Source of the DNA: Candidatus Fervidifonticultor secundus | Lineage (GTDB): Bacteria > Sysuimicrobiota > Sysuimicrobiia > Sysuimicrobiales > Humicultoraceae | Assembly: GCA_031459385.1 (NCBI GenBank) | Contig: JAVKIP010000002.1 | Location: 128,355 to 192,354, forward strand | Direction of reading: 5' to 3' | DNA: 64,000 nt | In this document: positions 42,333 through 53,623 of the stretch, one piece after another | Numbering within the stretch: position 1 is the first letter of the stretch | Layout of the letters: the number at the start of each line of letters is the position of its first letter | The notes under the pieces: model-generated | What the model was told of the DNA's origin: nothing | Seen by the model: only the letters and a program-made list of their open reading frames with translations | The model's database searches: none | Position numbers and translations under genes: made by a program

Positions 42333-44717
42333 CTACTGGTCGGCGGCAGTGGTGGATCGCGCGCGCAGCAGGCGTTCCAGCTCGTCGAGGCCGATGAGCA
42401 CCTCGCGGGGATTGCTTCCCTGTACGGGCCCCACGATCCCGCGGGCTTCGAGCTCGTCGATGAGCCGCGCCGCGGTCACATACCCGATGCGCATCTTGCG
42501 CTGGAGCAGCGACACCGACCCGTAGCCGGTGCGCACCACCAGCCGGGCAGCCTCGATGAGGCGCTCGCCATCGATCCCGTCTTCGGCGCCGGCCGTCCGC
42601 TGCGCCGCGACCAGTTGCTGATCGTACACGGGGCGCGCCTGCTGGCGCCACCAATCCACGACCGCCCGGATCTCGGCATCGGCGATGTAGGCGCCCTGCG
42701 CCCGGATCGGACGGCTGGCCCCCAGGGGCAGGAACAGCATGTCCCCGCGTCCCAGGAGCTTTTCGGCGCCGGTCGTGTCCAGGATCGTCCGGCTGTCCAC
42801 CTGGCTGGACACCGCGAAGGCCAGCCGCGACGGGATATTGGCTTTGATGAGTCCGGTGATGACATCCACCGACGGGCGCTGCGTCGCCACCACCAGGTGG
42901 ATCCCGGTGGCCCGCGTCATCTGGGCCAGCCGGCAGATGATGTCCTCAAAGTCGGCGGGCGCCACCATCATCAGATCGGCCAGCTCGTCGATGATGATGA
43001 CGATGTAGTACATGGGCGCTACGTCGGTGCGCTGATTGTAGGCCTGGATGTTGCGGGCGCCGACCTCGGCGAAGCGTTCGAAGCGCTGCTCCATGATGCG
43101 CAACATGTCCTTCAGGACGCTGGCCGCCTGGCGCGGGTTGGTCACGACCGGCGCCAGCAGGTGCGGGATCTCGTTGTAGTCGGTCAGCTCGACCCGCTTG
43201 GGGTCGATCATGACCAGCCGGACCTGATGGGGCGTGGACCGGAAGAGCAGGCTGGCGATCATCGCGTTGAGCATCACGGACTTCCCGGAGCCCGTGGCGC
43301 CGGCGATCAGCAGGTGCGGCATCTCGGCCAGGTCGGCGACGATGGCGCCCCCGGCGATATCCTTGCCGATGCCGACGACGAGGGGCGACGTGGCCTTCTG
43401 GAACAGGTCCGTGTGTAGGATCTCGCGGAGGTGCACCAGGCTCGCCTTCTGGTTGGGGATCTCGATGCCTACGGCCGACTTGCCCGGAATTGGTGCCTCG
43501 ATGCGCACGCTCTGTGCAGCCAGGTTGAGGGCGATGTCGTTGGTGAGGCTGGTGATCTTCTGCACCTTGACCCCGGGCGCCGGCTGCACCTCGAAGCGGG
43601 TCACTACGGGCCCGACCTCCCAGTGCACCACTTTTGCCTCCACCCCAAACGATGCCAGCGTGTTCTCCAGGGCCCTGGCGGTCTCGGCCGGATCCACGCG
43701 GACGCGCCCTCGCGTTGCAGTTGCCGGATCGCCCAGCAGGGAGAGCGGTGGCAGGCGGTACTCGACCGCCGCAAACTCCAGGCGCTCCTGCTGCACATCG
43801 ACCACCTCGGGCCGGCGGCGCCGGCGAGCGCCAGTGCCCGCCGGTCGCTCCGCCGTGCCTTCGTCGCCTGCCGCCTCTACGAGGCCAGCCGTGTGCGCGG
43901 GGGGCCTGGGAGAGCCGTCGTCGATCGCAGGCGGCGGGCTCGCGGAGACCGGCGGCAGGGTCCCGGCGGGGGCCGGCGCCTCGGGCCCATCCGGACCGGA
44001 CCGGGCCGCAGCGACGGGGCCGGCCAGCGTCAGGCGTCCTCGTGCGAGCATGCGACCGGTTTCTGCAGCCAGGGCCGCCAGCACACGGGTCACGCGAGGC
44101 GCTGTCTGGGTGGCCGTCCGGATCAGCGTCCCGGTACCGCGGATCGCCACTCGCCCGGCCCGTCGGGCGACTGTCAGCGCGACCCACGCCGCGGCCACCG
44201 CGCCGTGCCGTGCCGCCCGGGCTGTCGCCACGAGCGCGGCGCCGACCGCCGTGAGTGTCAGCCCGGCGAGCAGCGCCCCTGCGACGACCGCGAACGCTCC
44301 GATCGCCACCCACCGTCCGGTGGGGCCGAGCACCCGCTCAAGTGCCCAGGCCAGGGCGCCGCCTACCACGCCGGCGCCCTGGCCGCGCAGCCCGGCCGCC
44401 AACACATCGCCGCTCGTGGTCCGCAGGTGCAGGATCAATAGCGACGCTACCGTCCCCAGGCACAGCCCTCCGATGCGCCGCGTCATACGCACGCGGGCGC
44501 CGGCAGCCAGCAGCACGAGCCCGGCAGCACCACAGGAGGCAGGCAGCAGCGGCGCCGCGCGGCCCAGGAGCACGCGCTGCCATCGGGCCAGCACCGCGGG
44601 GACTCCTGCCGCGTCGGGGAGGAAGGACAGCGCGAGGAGCAGCGCCAGCACCGCCAGGGTCAGCCCGGCGGCCGCAGCCCGATTCGGAGACGTACGCCGG
44701 CGCCGCGCCACGCTCAT
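42333..44717 (-). CDS. ftsK: DNA translocase FtsK/SpoIIIE
   Basis: N-terminal TMs, [31 protein letters not shown], gamma domain [10 protein letters not shown]. Confidence 0.97.
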   Translation of the reverse strand: MSVARRRRTSPNRAAAAGLTLAVLALLLALSFLPDAAGVPAVLARWQRVLLGRAAPLLPASCGAAGLVLLAAGARVRMTRRIGGLCLGTVASLLILHLRTTSGDVLAAGLRGQGAGVVGGALAWALERVLGPTGRWVAIGAFAVVAGALLAGLTLTAVGAALVATARAARHGAVAAAWVALTVARRAGRVAIRGTGTLIRTATQTAPRVTRVLAALAAETGRMLARGRLTLAGPVAAARSGPDGPEAPAPAGTLPPVSASPPPAIDDGSPRPPAHTAGLVEAAGDEGTAERPAGTGARRRRRPEVVDVQQERLEFAAVEYRLPPLSLLGDPATATRGRVRVDPAETARALENTLASFGVEAKVVHWEVGPVVTRFEVQPAPGVKVQKITSLTNDIALNLAAQSVRIEAPIPGKSAVGIEIPNQKASLVHLREILHTDLFQKATSPLVVGIGKDIAGGAIVADLAEMPHLLIAGATGSGKSVMLNAMIASLLFRSTPHQVRLVMIDPKRVELTDYNEIPHLLAPVVTNPRQAASVLKDMLRIMEQRFERFAEVGARNIQAYNQRTDVAPMYYIVIIIDELADLMMVAPADFEDIICRLAQMTRATGIHLVVATQRPSVDVITGLIKANIPSRLAFAVSSQVDSRTILDTTGAEKLLGRGDMLFLPLGASRPIRAQGAYIADAEIRAVVDWWRQQARPVYDQQLVAAQRTAGAEDGIDGERLIEAARLVVRTGYGSVSLLQRKMRIGYVTAARLIDELEARGIVGPVQGSNPREVLIGLDELERLLRARSTTAADQ

Positions 44718-44724
44718 CCCACCG

Positions 44725-45513
44725 CTACCGTACGGTCGCCAGCACGGCGAGTCCCACGATCCAGCAGTAGACCCCAAACCAGGCGAGCCGGCCCTGCCGC
44801 ACGAACTGCATCACCCACACGATGGCGCCTGCACCTACCGCGGCCGCCACGCCGAACCCGGCCGCCAGGTCCGCCACGTTGATCCCGGCATCCGCCACCC
44901 GATCCAAATCCCTGAGCGAGAACAGCGATGCGCCCACAATGGCGGGCACGGCCATGAGGAACGACAGCCGCGCCGCCTCGGCGCGGCGCAGCCCGAGGGC
45001 GAGCCCTGCCACGATCGTGATGCCCGATCGGGAGATGCCGGGGACGATAGCGGCCGCCTGTGCCACCCCGAGGGCGACCCCGTCGAGCGGGGTGGCGTCG
45101 GTCAGGCCGCGCTGTCCCCGCTCCCGCTGCCAGAGCAAGATCACGCCGGTGACGATCAGCTGCGCCGCGGTGCCCCGCACCGAGGCGAACAGACGCTCCA
45201 GCGGGGAGGCAAATGCCAGCCCGAGGGCCGCGGTGACGGCGGTGGCAACGACGACCGCGGCCGCGGGACGCGCGTAGGGGTCGGCGCGCCGTCCCGCCAC
45301 CCATGCCACCGCACCCCGCGCGAGGCGAACCAGATCCGCCCGGAACAACGCGACGGCCGCGGCCGCGGTGCCGAGGTGCAGCACCGCCTCCAGCACCAAG
45401 CCAGGGCGTCGCACACCCAGAAAGTGCTCTGCGAACAGCAGGTGCGCCGTACTGCTGACGGGAAGGTACTCGGTCAGCCCCTGGACGAGACCCAGGACGA
45501 CGAGGTTGAGCAC
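44725..45513 (-). CDS. uppP: Undecaprenyl-diphosphatase
   Basis: QGLTEYLPVSSTAHL, PGISRSG.T. Confidence 0.95.
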   Translation of the reverse strand: MLNLVVLGLVQGLTEYLPVSSTAHLLFAEHFLGVRRPGLVLEAVLHLGTAAAAVALFRADLVRLARGAVAWVAGRRADPYARPAAAVVVATAVTAALGLAFASPLERLFASVRGTAAQLIVTGVILLWQRERGQRGLTDATPLDGVALGVAQAAAIVPGISRSGITIVAGLALGLRRAEAARLSFLMAVPAIVGASLFSLRDLDRVADAGINVADLAAGFGVAAAVGAGAIVWVMQFVRQGRLAWFGVYCWIVGLAVLATVR

Positions 45514-45578
45514 GCCAGCGCTCCTGCGGTTGCTGCGTCGATGTGGTGCGATGCCACCGGGTTCACGCGCGCTGTCCT

Positions 45579-45608
45579 ATCGTACGTCTGTTCGACCGAC
45601 CCCGTCAA
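45579..45608 (-). promoter_or_regulatory. Putative uppP-ftsK promoter with an overlapping SOS-like box
   Basis: TTGACG-N18-TACGAT; CGAAC-AGAC-GTACG (45581-45594) overlaps the -10. Confidence 0.5.
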
Positions 45609-45622
45609 CCGGCGGGCGCACC

Positions 45623-46516
45623 TCAGACCGCGGCAGGGACGAGGTTCAGGGCGTGCAGCACGCCGCGGATCTGCTCCTCTTCCTTGGGCGTCACGTCCAC
45701 CAGCGGCAGCCGGGGCTTCCCGCAGTCGAACCCCGCAAGCCGCAGCGCGGCCTTAACCGGTACCGGGTTCGTCGTGATGAAGAGCACCTTGAAGAGCGGG
45801 AACAGCCTGCGATGGATCCGCAGGGCGTCGGCCACGGCTCCCGAGAAGTGCGCCCGGATCATCTGCTGAATCTCACCGGCTACCAGGTGGCCCGCCACGC
45901 TCACCACGCCCACCGCACCCACCGCGAGCTTCGGGAGCGTGAGGCTGTCGTCGCCACTGTAGATGGCGAACGCGTCGGGCGTCCTCACGCGGATCTCGGA
46001 GACCTGGTCCAGGCTCCCGGCCGCCTCCTTCACCGCGACGATGTTGGGAAGCTGCGCCAGGCGCGCGATCGTCTCGGGCGTACAGTTCACCCCGGTCCGG
46101 CCGGGGATATTGTACAGCATCACCGGCAGCGCTGTGCTCTCGGCGATGGCCCGAAAGTGGGCATAGAGCCCATCCTGCGACGGCCGGTTGTAGTACGGGT
46201 TCACCAGCAGCAGCCCGTCACAGCCCGCGCGCGCGGCCTCCATGGAGAGGTGGATCGAGTGCGCCGTGTCGTAGGTCCCGGTGCCTGCGATGACCTTCGC
46301 CCGGTCCCCGACGGCCTCCTTGACGGTGCGAAACAGCCGGATCTTTTCATCGTCGGAGAGCGTCGGTGCCTCGCCGGTGGTCCCGGCGATCACGAGCCCG
46401 TCGTTGCCGGCGTCGACCAGCCGGCGGGCCAGCTGCGCGACCTTGGCGTAGTCGACCGCGCCGTGGACATCGAAAGGCGTAACCATGGCGGTGACGACAT
46501 GCCCGAACGGCCCCAT
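45623..46516 (-). CDS. dapA: 4-hydroxy-tetrahydrodipicolinate synthase
   Basis: GTTGE, PYYNRP, LYNIPGRTG, VKEA, SGDD. Confidence 0.96.
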   Translation of the reverse strand: MGPFGHVVTAMVTPFDVHGAVDYAKVAQLARRLVDAGNDGLVIAGTTGEAPTLSDDEKIRLFRTVKEAVGDRAKVIAGTGTYDTAHSIHLSMEAARAGCDGLLLVNPYYNRPSQDGLYAHFRAIAESTALPVMLYNIPGRTGVNCTPETIARLAQLPNIVAVKEAAGSLDQVSEIRVRTPDAFAIYSGDDSLTLPKLAVGAVGVVSVAGHLVAGEIQQMIRAHFSGAVADALRIHRRLFPLFKVLFITTNPVPVKAALRLAGFDCGKPRLPLVDVTPKEEEQIRGVLHALNLVPAAV

Positions 46517-46551
46517 GCTGGATCCCTCCTCGAAGTGCGCGTCTGGCGTGC

Positions 46552-47616
46552 CTACCGCGTGACCACCCCCGCGCGCGGCCGCAGAGAGCCGGAGGCCACC
46601 AGCGCCTCGGCGATCTGCACCGCGTTGGTGGCGGACCCTTTCCGCAAGTTGTCGACACAGATGACCAGCCGCAGGCCGCGGGGGTCGACCCGGTCGGGGC
46701 GGATCAGGCCGACGTAGACCGCATCGCGCCCCGCCGCCAGCAGCGGCGTCGGAAAGCGGCCAGCGGGCGCGTCATCGACGACCTCGATGCCCGGAAACGC
46801 CGCCAGCACGCTCCTGGCTTCCTCCGGCGCCATCGGCCGGGCCAGCGTCAGGTGCACGACGAGCGTGTGCCCCACCAGCACCGGCACGCGGAGCGTGGTC
46901 ACGGTCACCGGCACATCCGCGGCCAGCATCTTACGCGTCTCGGCGACGATCTTGGCCTCTTCCTCGGTATCGCCGTCGGGCTGCCACCTCCACTGGGGAC
47001 GCACATTGAACGCCACCGGGGCGTCATCGCCGGTGGCATCGTGGATGCGTGCCAGGTCGCCGTCCTCCAGCGCCTCGGGCACGGCAAGCAGGCTGCGCGT
47101 CTGGGCCAGCAGCGCCCGGGCGTTCTCGATACCGCCGCCTGACACTGCCTGGTACGTGGCGACGTGCACGCGGCTAAGCCCCGCAGCAGCGGCCAGGGGC
47201 TTCAGGGCCATGACCAGCGCGACCGCACAACAGTTGGGGTTGGCGATGACGCCTGCGTGGGTCCGCAGCGCCTCACCGTTCACCTCGGGCACAACCAGCG
47301 GCACGCGCGGGTCGAGCCGCCAGGTGGAGGAGTTGTCCACGGCCACCCCGCCCCGCTCGGCCACCGCCCATGCGTACCGGCGGCTGGCGTCGTCGCCGCC
47401 CGCAAACAGCACCAAATCGTGTTCCAGGACGCTGTCGCCCGTCTCCTCCACCGTCACCTGCGCGTCGCCGAACGCCAGCGTAGATCCGGCCGACCGTGCC
47501 GTGGCGAACAGGCGCAGGCGCTGTAGCGGGAATCGCCGCTGGGCCAGCACCTTGACCATCGTACGGCCGACGATCCCGGTCGCCCCCACCACCGCCACGC
47601 GCAGGCCTGCCCTCAC
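46552..47616 (-). CDS. asd: Aspartate-semialdehyde dehydrogenase
   Basis: VVGATG.VG, DNSS.WR, NPNC, YQAVSG.G, DNLRKG.A.NAVQIAE. Confidence 0.95.
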   Translation of the reverse strand: MRAGLRVAVVGATGIVGRTMVKVLAQRRFPLQRLRLFATARSAGSTLAFGDAQVTVEETGDSVLEHDLVLFAGGDDASRRYAWAVAERGGVAVDNSSTWRLDPRVPLVVPEVNGEALRTHAGVIANPNCCAVALVMALKPLAAAAGLSRVHVATYQAVSGGGIENARALLAQTRSLLAVPEALEDGDLARIHDATGDDAPVAFNVRPQWRWQPDGDTEEEAKIVAETRKMLAADVPVTVTTLRVPVLVGHTLVVHLTLARPMAPEEARSVLAAFPGIEVVDDAPAGRFPTPLLAAGRDAVYVGLIRPDRVDPRGLRLVICVDNLRKGSATNAVQIAEALVASGSLRPRAGVVTR

Positions 47617-47656
47617 CGTGTGTCAGCCTCCGACCGTCCGCACGTTTTCCGGCATT

Positions 47657-48469
47657 CTAGCGCAAATCCAGCAGGTGCTCCAGCCCGTAGACGAGGCCGT
47701 CGAGGCTGCCGACCCGCCGGATCGCCAGGAGCAGGCCCGGCATGAACGACTCCTCGCTCAGCGAGTCGTGCCGCAGGGTCAGCACCTGTCCCGGGCCGCC
47801 GAAGAGCACTTCCTGATGCGCGCTCAACCCCGGCAGCCGGACGCTGTGGAGCCGCACACCGTCGGCGACGCCGCCGCGGGCGCCCGGCACCATCTCCTCC
47901 TCCGCCACCCCTGGCCCCGGGGCGGTCCCGCGGGCCTCGGCGATCACCCGCGCGGTCTTCAGCGCCGTCCCCGAGGGGGCATCGCGCTTGCGGTCGTGGT
48001 GCAGCTCGATGATCTCCACGTGGGGAAAGAAGCGGCCGGCGACGCGGGCGAACTCCATCATGAGCACCGCACCCAGCGCGAAGTTCGGTGCCACGACGGC
48101 GCCCGTACGACGCGCGGCCGCCAGCGCCCGCAGCGCCTCCAGGTCCGCGGCGCTGAGCCCGGTGCTGCCGACCACGGGGCGAATCCCTCGCTCCAGCGCA
48201 GCCCGCGCGTGGATCGCCGCCGGCGCCCCCGGTACGAACTCGACCAGCACATCGGGCGCAGCCGCCCAGACGGCCTCGGGCTCGGCAACGATCGGCACCC
48301 CGGCGGGGCCGAGGCCGGCCACCTCGCCGGCATCGCGCCCTACCCCCTGCTGGCGGCCCAGCGCCGCTACCAGCCGCAGGTCCGGCTCCCGCAGGACGGT
48401 CCGCACAGCGGCCCGTCCCATGCGCCCTGCCGCGCCACTGACGGCGACGCGCACCGTCCGTTCAGCCAC
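47657..48469 (-). CDS. dapB: 4-hydroxy-tetrahydrodipicolinate reductase
   Basis: GAAGRMG, EIIELHH..K.DAPSGTA, HSVRLPG. Confidence 0.95.
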   Translation of the reverse strand: MAERTVRVAVSGAAGRMGRAAVRTVLREPDLRLVAALGRQQGVGRDAGEVAGLGPAGVPIVAEPEAVWAAAPDVLVEFVPGAPAAIHARAALERGIRPVVGSTGLSAADLEALRALAAARRTGAVVAPNFALGAVLMMEFARVAGRFFPHVEIIELHHDRKRDAPSGTALKTARVIAEARGTAPGPGVAEEEMVPGARGGVADGVRLHSVRLPGLSAHQEVLFGGPGQVLTLRHDSLSEESFMPGLLLAIRRVGSLDGLVYGLEHLLDLR

Positions 48470-48557
48470 GCCCACCACCCTCCGCGCGGGAAGTTCGACG
48501 CGCGCGGGCGATTCTCCCGCGGGCGTTGCCGCGTGACGCGAGACGGGCGAAGGAGTG

Positions 48558-49883
48558 TTAGCCGGCGGCGGTGGCGACCGGTGCCGGCGCGGCCCGCTCG
48601 AGCAGCCCCAGGCACCGCGTGAACGCGCTCTCCAGCCTGGCGCCGAGACCGTCGTGGCTCGCAAAGGGTCCGATGGCGGCCATCGCCAGCTGATCCGCCG
48701 TGAAGATGTCGCGGGCGAGGCGTCGGATCGCCTCCGGTGTCACCCCGTCGATCTTCTGGATCAGCTCATCCATGGTGATCTGCCGGCCGTGATACAGCTC
48801 GGAGCGCGCCAGCTTGCTCATGCGGCTGCCCGTGCTCTCCAGGTTCAGCAGCACGTTACCTTTAAGCGACTCCTTGGCCCGGGCCACCTCGTCGTCCTGG
48901 AGCGTCTCGGCCAGCCGGGCGATCTCGTCCAGCGTGAGCTGCACCACCTCCGGTCCGGCCTCCGGGCTCATGGCCGCGTAGATCACGAACAGCCCGCCTT
49001 CCCGATACGCGGGAGCATACGATGCGATGGTGTACACCAACCCGCGCTTCTCGCGGATCTCGTAGAACAGCCGGCTGGACATGCCGCTGCCGAGGATGTT
49101 GTCGAGCACCTCCAGCGCGTACAGCTCGTCGTCCGCCTGGGCACGGCCGCGGGTGGCCAGGCACAGGTGCACCTGCTCCACGTCCTTGGACCGGAGGCTG
49201 ATGGTGGGCTCCAGGGTGGGGATGCGGGTCGGCTGGGGCGCAGTGCGCCCCTCCCACCCCCCCAGGGACCTCTGCAGCAGGTCTACGACCGTCGCGTGCT
49301 GAACGTTGCCGGCGACGCTGATCACGGTGTTGTCGGGCCGGTACCGCTCGCCCATGTACTGGAGGAAGTCGGCGCGACCCAGGCGCTGCACGGTGTGCCG
49401 CGTCCCGATCACGGGGCGGCCCAGCGGATGTCCGTTCCAGATGGTCTGGACGATCAGATCCTGGACCAGCTCGTCGGGCGAGTCCTCGTAGGTCTTGATC
49501 TCCTCGACGATCACCTGCCGCTCGCGCTCGATCGCCTCCGGGTCAAGCGCCGAGTTCAGCAGCATATCGGCCATCAACTCTACGACCTCGGGCAGATGGG
49601 TCGCCAGGACCTTGACGTAGAAGCAGGTGTGCTCCCGGTCCGTGAAGGCGTTCATCTGGCCGCCGAGAGCGTCCACGGCCTGGGCTAGCTCGAGCGCCGT
49701 CCGCCGGCCTGTCCCCTTGAAGAAGAGGTGCTCGAGGAAGTGCGAGATGCCGTGCACCCGGCTGTCCTCGTAGCGGGACCCGGTCGCCACCCAGACGCCC
49801 AGCGAGGCCGTCCGCACGGCGGGCATGGTCTCGGTCAGGACCCGGATCCCATTGGGGAGCACTGACTTCGCCACCAGCTCCAT
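48558..49883 (-). CDS. M16 (pitrilysin-family) zinc peptidase
   Basis: Inverted zinc motif HFLEH, SRLF.EIREKRGL.Y; sits between pnp and dapB. Confidence 0.93.
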   Translation of the reverse strand: MELVAKSVLPNGIRVLTETMPAVRTASLGVWVATGSRYEDSRVHGISHFLEHLFFKGTGRRTALELAQAVDALGGQMNAFTDREHTCFYVKVLATHLPEVVELMADMLLNSALDPEAIERERQVIVEEIKTYEDSPDELVQDLIVQTIWNGHPLGRPVIGTRHTVQRLGRADFLQYMGERYRPDNTVISVAGNVQHATVVDLLQRSLGGWEGRTAPQPTRIPTLEPTISLRSKDVEQVHLCLATRGRAQADDELYALEVLDNILGSGMSSRLFYEIREKRGLVYTIASYAPAYREGGLFVIYAAMSPEAGPEVVQLTLDEIARLAETLQDDEVARAKESLKGNVLLNLESTGSRMSKLARSELYHGRQITMDELIQKIDGVTPEAIRRLARDIFTADQLAMAAIGPFASHDGLGARLESAFTRCLGLLERAAPAPVATAAG

Positions 49884-49920
49884 GGCCGTTGCCTCCGTCA
49901 GCACTGCGGGTGCCGTGCTG

Positions 49921-52170
49921 TTACGCGTCGGGCCGCCGATGGGGCCGGGCCCCACCGCTGCGGCGCGGTGGCCGGCTGTCCCGGCGCGGTGGCCGGCTGT
50001 CCCGGCGCGGTCCTCCCGGCTGTGCCCCTGCGCCGGCCCCTGCGGGTTGCGGCTCTTCCACCTCGACGGCCGGTGGCCCGCCCGGCAGGCCTCGCCGGGT
50101 CAAGTTGATCCGCCCCAGGCTGTCGATCTCCTTGACCCGGACCTCCATCTCGTCACCCACCTTCACCACGTCCTCCAGACGGGTGCCCCGCTCGGCGAGC
50201 TCCGAGATGTGCACGAGCCCTTCTTTGCCGGGCAGGACCTCGACGAAGGCCCCGAAGTTCATCAGGCGCGTGACGCGGCCCCGGTAGGTCTCGCCCACCT
50301 GGACTTCCCGCACGATCCCTTCGATCATCTGGATCGCGCGGCGCGCGCCTTCCTCGTTCACCGAGGCGATCACCACGCGGCCGTCCTGCTCGATGTCGAT
50401 CTTGGTCCCGGTCTCGACAGTGATCTTGTTGATCACCTTGCCGCCCGGTCCGATCACATCCCGGATCTTGTCCGGGTTGATCTGCAGGGTGAAGATCCGC
50501 GGCGCATGGGCGGACAGCTGCGCCCGCGGCGCCGGCAGGGTACGCTCCATGACCTCCAGGATCCGCAGCCGGGCGTCGCGCGCCTGTCGGAGGGCATCGG
50601 CCAGGATCTGCCGGGACAGTCCGTGGATCTTGATGTCCAGCTGCAATGCCGTCACGCCCCGCCGTGTCCCGGCCACCTTGAAGTCCATGTCCCCCATCGC
50701 GTCTTCCATGCCCAGAATGTCGGTCAGGACCTCGTAGCGCCCTCCGGGGCCCGTGACGAGCCCCACGGCGATCCCGGCGACCGGCGCCCGCAGTGGGACG
50801 CCGGCGTCCATCAGCGACAGCGTCGACCCGCACACGGCAGCCATGGAGGTACTGCCGTTGGACTCCAGGACCTCGGAGACCACCCGGATCGTGTAGGGGA
50901 ACGTCTCCTCGGGCGGGATCATCGGTTCCAGGGCACGCTCGGCCAGCGCGCCGTGCCCGATCTCTCGCCGTCCCGGACTGCGCAGCGGACGGACCTCTCC
51001 GACAGAGAACGGCGGGAACCAGTAGTGGTGCATGTACCGTTTGGTCTCGAGGATGCCGATATCGTCCAGGCGCTGCTCGTCCTCGCCGGTCCCCAGTGTC
51101 GTGATCGACAGGACCTGCGTTTGCCCGCGCCGGAACAGAGCCGAGCCGTGTGTCCGCGGCAGCAAGCCCACGGCGACCGAGATCGGACGGATCTCGCTCG
51201 GGCGGCGACCGTCGGGCCGGAGGCCTTCCTCCAGGATCCGGCGCCGCACCTCGTCCTTCGCCAGCGTCGCCACGATCTCACCGATATGCCCCAGGTGGTC
51301 CGGAAACTGCTCCGCCAGCCGGGCCTTGACATCGGCCTCCACGGCCCGCAGAGCGTCCTCCCGCGCGATTTTCTCGGGCTGCGCCAGGGCCGCGCGCACC
51401 AGCGGCAGGGCCGCCTCGCGCACCGCGGCCTCGACCTCAGCCGGCGGCGCCACCAGGACTACCTCGCGGCGTGGCTTGCCCGCGCGCGCCGCCAGATCCC
51501 GCTGGGCCGCGATGATCTTCCGGATCTCGCCATGGGCCAGATCGAAGGCGTCCAGCAGGCGATCTTCGGGGACCTCGTCAGCTCCGGCTTCCACCATGAG
51601 GATCGCCTCGTCAGTGCCCGCAACCACCAGATCCAGCGTGCTCTGGTCCTCGATCTGCCGGAGCGTCGGGTTGATGATGAGGCGACCGTAGACCAGGCCC
51701 ACCCGCACGGCGCCCACAGGGCCGTGCCATGGGATGCCCGAGAGCAGCAGCGCCGCGGACGCGCCGTTGACGGCGGCGACCCCCGGGTCATGTTCCTGGT
51801 CGGTGGACAGCACCGTGGCGATCACCTGCACGTCGTTCCGCATCCCCTTGGGAAACAGCGGGCGCAGCGGTCGGTCGATCAACCGGGCCGTCAGGATGGC
51901 GCGCTCCCCGGGACGGCCTTCCCGCTTGAAGAAGCCGCCGGGGATCTTGCCGGCAGCATACATGCGTTCTTCGAAGTCGCAGGTCAGCGGGAAGAAGTCG
52001 ATCCCCTCTCGCGCCTCCTCCGCCATGGTCGCTGCCACCAGCACCACGGTCTCGCCGTGGGTGACGGTGACCGCACCGCCGGCCTGCCGGGCGAGGACGC
52101 CGGTCTCAAAAACCAGGCGCTCGCCGCCGACTTCGGCCTCGGCGCGCTGCGCAACTGCGGCCTGTTCCAT
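49921..52170 (-). CDS. pnp: Polyribonucleotide nucleotidyltransferase (PNPase)
   Basis: [42 protein letters not shown] and S1 domains. Confidence 0.98.
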   Translation of the reverse strand: MEQAAVAQRAEAEVGGERLVFETGVLARQAGGAVTVTHGETVVLVAATMAEEAREGIDFFPLTCDFEERMYAAGKIPGGFFKREGRPGERAILTARLIDRPLRPLFPKGMRNDVQVIATVLSTDQEHDPGVAAVNGASAALLLSGIPWHGPVGAVRVGLVYGRLIINPTLRQIEDQSTLDLVVAGTDEAILMVEAGADEVPEDRLLDAFDLAHGEIRKIIAAQRDLAARAGKPRREVVLVAPPAEVEAAVREAALPLVRAALAQPEKIAREDALRAVEADVKARLAEQFPDHLGHIGEIVATLAKDEVRRRILEEGLRPDGRRPSEIRPISVAVGLLPRTHGSALFRRGQTQVLSITTLGTGEDEQRLDDIGILETKRYMHHYWFPPFSVGEVRPLRSPGRREIGHGALAERALEPMIPPEETFPYTIRVVSEVLESNGSTSMAAVCGSTLSLMDAGVPLRAPVAGIAVGLVTGPGGRYEVLTDILGMEDAMGDMDFKVAGTRRGVTALQLDIKIHGLSRQILADALRQARDARLRILEVMERTLPAPRAQLSAHAPRIFTLQINPDKIRDVIGPGGKVINKITVETGTKIDIEQDGRVVIASVNEEGARRAIQMIEGIVREVQVGETYRGRVTRLMNFGAFVEVLPGKEGLVHISELAERGTRLEDVVKVGDEMEVRVKEIDSLGRINLTRRGLPGGPPAVEVEEPQPAGAGAGAQPGGPRRDSRPPRRDSRPPRRSGGARPHRRPDA
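49961..50009. repeat. 21-bp tandem repeat (about 2.3 copies) in the pnp tail
   Basis: GGCGCGGTGGCCGGCTGTCCC repeated; encodes PRRDSRP units. Confidence 0.8.
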
Positions 52171-52228
52171 CACAGTCCTTCCTTCCTCGTGGCGATAAAC
52201 TGCGAGATCGTCGCGCTCTCTCCCGGCC

Positions 52229-52495
52229 TCAGCGCCGCAGCCCGAGGTCCTCCACCAGCCGCCGGTAGGCCCCGATGTCCGTACGCTCCAGGTACGCCAG
52301 CAGCCGCCGGCGCTGGCCCACCATCTTGAGCAGCCCCCGACGGGAGTGGAAGTCCTTGGGATGCGTCCTCAGATGCTCGGTGAGCTGAGTGATCCGCTCG
52401 GTGAGCAGCGCGATCTGCACCTCCGGCGACCCGGTGTCGCCCGTATGCCGCGCGTACTTGCCCACGATGCTCTTCTTGACCTCGCCTTTCAGCAT
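52229..52495 (-). CDS. rpsO: 30S ribosomal protein S15
   Basis: [33 protein letters not shown]. Confidence 0.99.
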   Translation of the reverse strand: MLKGEVKKSIVGKYARHTGDTGSPEVQIALLTERITQLTEHLRTHPKDFHSRRGLLKMVGQRRRLLAYLERTDIGAYRRLVEDLGLRR

Positions 52496-52675
52496 TACGC
52501 TCCTCCATGCCGGTTCGCCGGCGCCAGGATGACGCCCGCACCCGAGCGCCCGCCGGAGGCGCGGCGCGCCCAGCCGGGGCCACCGCCCATCGTACCACCG
52601 TGCGGGGACGGCAGTAAACCTTTGGGACGGAGTTCTTGCTATAAAAATCCATTAATATAGCGTCGTTTTTCAACA

Positions 52676-53623
52676 TTATAGTTGATACATATTGATCTTC
52701 ACATTAGCCAGGAGATCCCTCGAGCGTGCGATGTCCGCGACGATCTGGCGCCGCAGCGCGTCGACGTCGGCAAAGCGCATCTCAGGGCGCAGCCGCTCCA
52801 CGAACGCGACCTCGAGGTGCTGACCATAGAGGTCGGCCTCGATGTCGATCAGGTGGACCTCCACCACGAGTCTTGCGCCGTCGAAGGTCGGGCGCAAACC
52901 GATGTTCACCGCGGCCGGAGCGGTCGTCGCCCCGACGGTCGCGTAAGCAGCGTACACGCCTCGGGCCGGGATGACCTTGTCCCTGGGCACGTCCAGGTTC
53001 GCCGTAGGGATGCCCAGGCGCCGGCCGCGGCCTTCCCCGACCACCACCCGTCCCCCCAGGCCGTACCACCGTCCCAGCCACCGCGCGGCCGTGCGCACGT
53101 CGCCCTCCCGGAGGCGCGCGCGGATCGCGGTACTGCTGATCGGCGTGCCCTCATCCTCCACGAGCGGCACCACGGTGACGCTCAGCCCATGCGCCGCAGC
53201 CCAGGCCTGCAGAAACCCGGCGGAACCCTCGCGGTGGCGGCCGAACGTGTGGGTCGTCGCACTGACGAGGTGCCGCGGCGCGACCTGTCGATGCAGCCGC
53301 TCGAGCCAGGCGGCAGCATCCAGCCCGCGCACCTCCTCGTCAAACCGCACGACCAGAGTCAGGTCCACGCCGGCGCGCTCGAGCAGCCGCAGACGCTCCT
53401 CCATCGTGGTCAGCAGGAACGGCTCCTGGGGAGGGGCCACCACCACCAGGGGGTGGGGATCGAACGTCATCACCGCCGCCACGCCGCCCCCCATGGCCGC
53501 CTCGGCCCGAAGCGCTGTAATGACGGCCTGGTGACCCCGGTGGAGGCCGTCGAACGTACCCAACGCCAGATAGACGGGCCGGTCAAGGGGGGCGAAAGCC
53601 TCTAGACCGTAGACGACCTTCAT
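52676..53623 (-). CDS. ribF: Bifunctional riboflavin kinase/FAD synthetase
   Basis: GTFDGLHRGHQ, TFDPHP, ISSTAIR, GIPTAN, RPTF. Confidence 0.95.
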   Translation of the reverse strand: MKVVYGLEAFAPLDRPVYLALGTFDGLHRGHQAVITALRAEAAMGGGVAAVMTFDPHPLVVVAPPQEPFLLTTMEERLRLLERAGVDLTLVVRFDEEVRGLDAAAWLERLHRQVAPRHLVSATTHTFGRHREGSAGFLQAWAAAHGLSVTVVPLVEDEGTPISSTAIRARLREGDVRTAARWLGRWYGLGGRVVVGEGRGRRLGIPTANLDVPRDKVIPARGVYAAYATVGATTAPAAVNIGLRPTFDGARLVVEVHLIDIEADLYGQHLEVAFVERLRPEMRFADVDALRRQIVADIARSRDLLANVKINMYQL

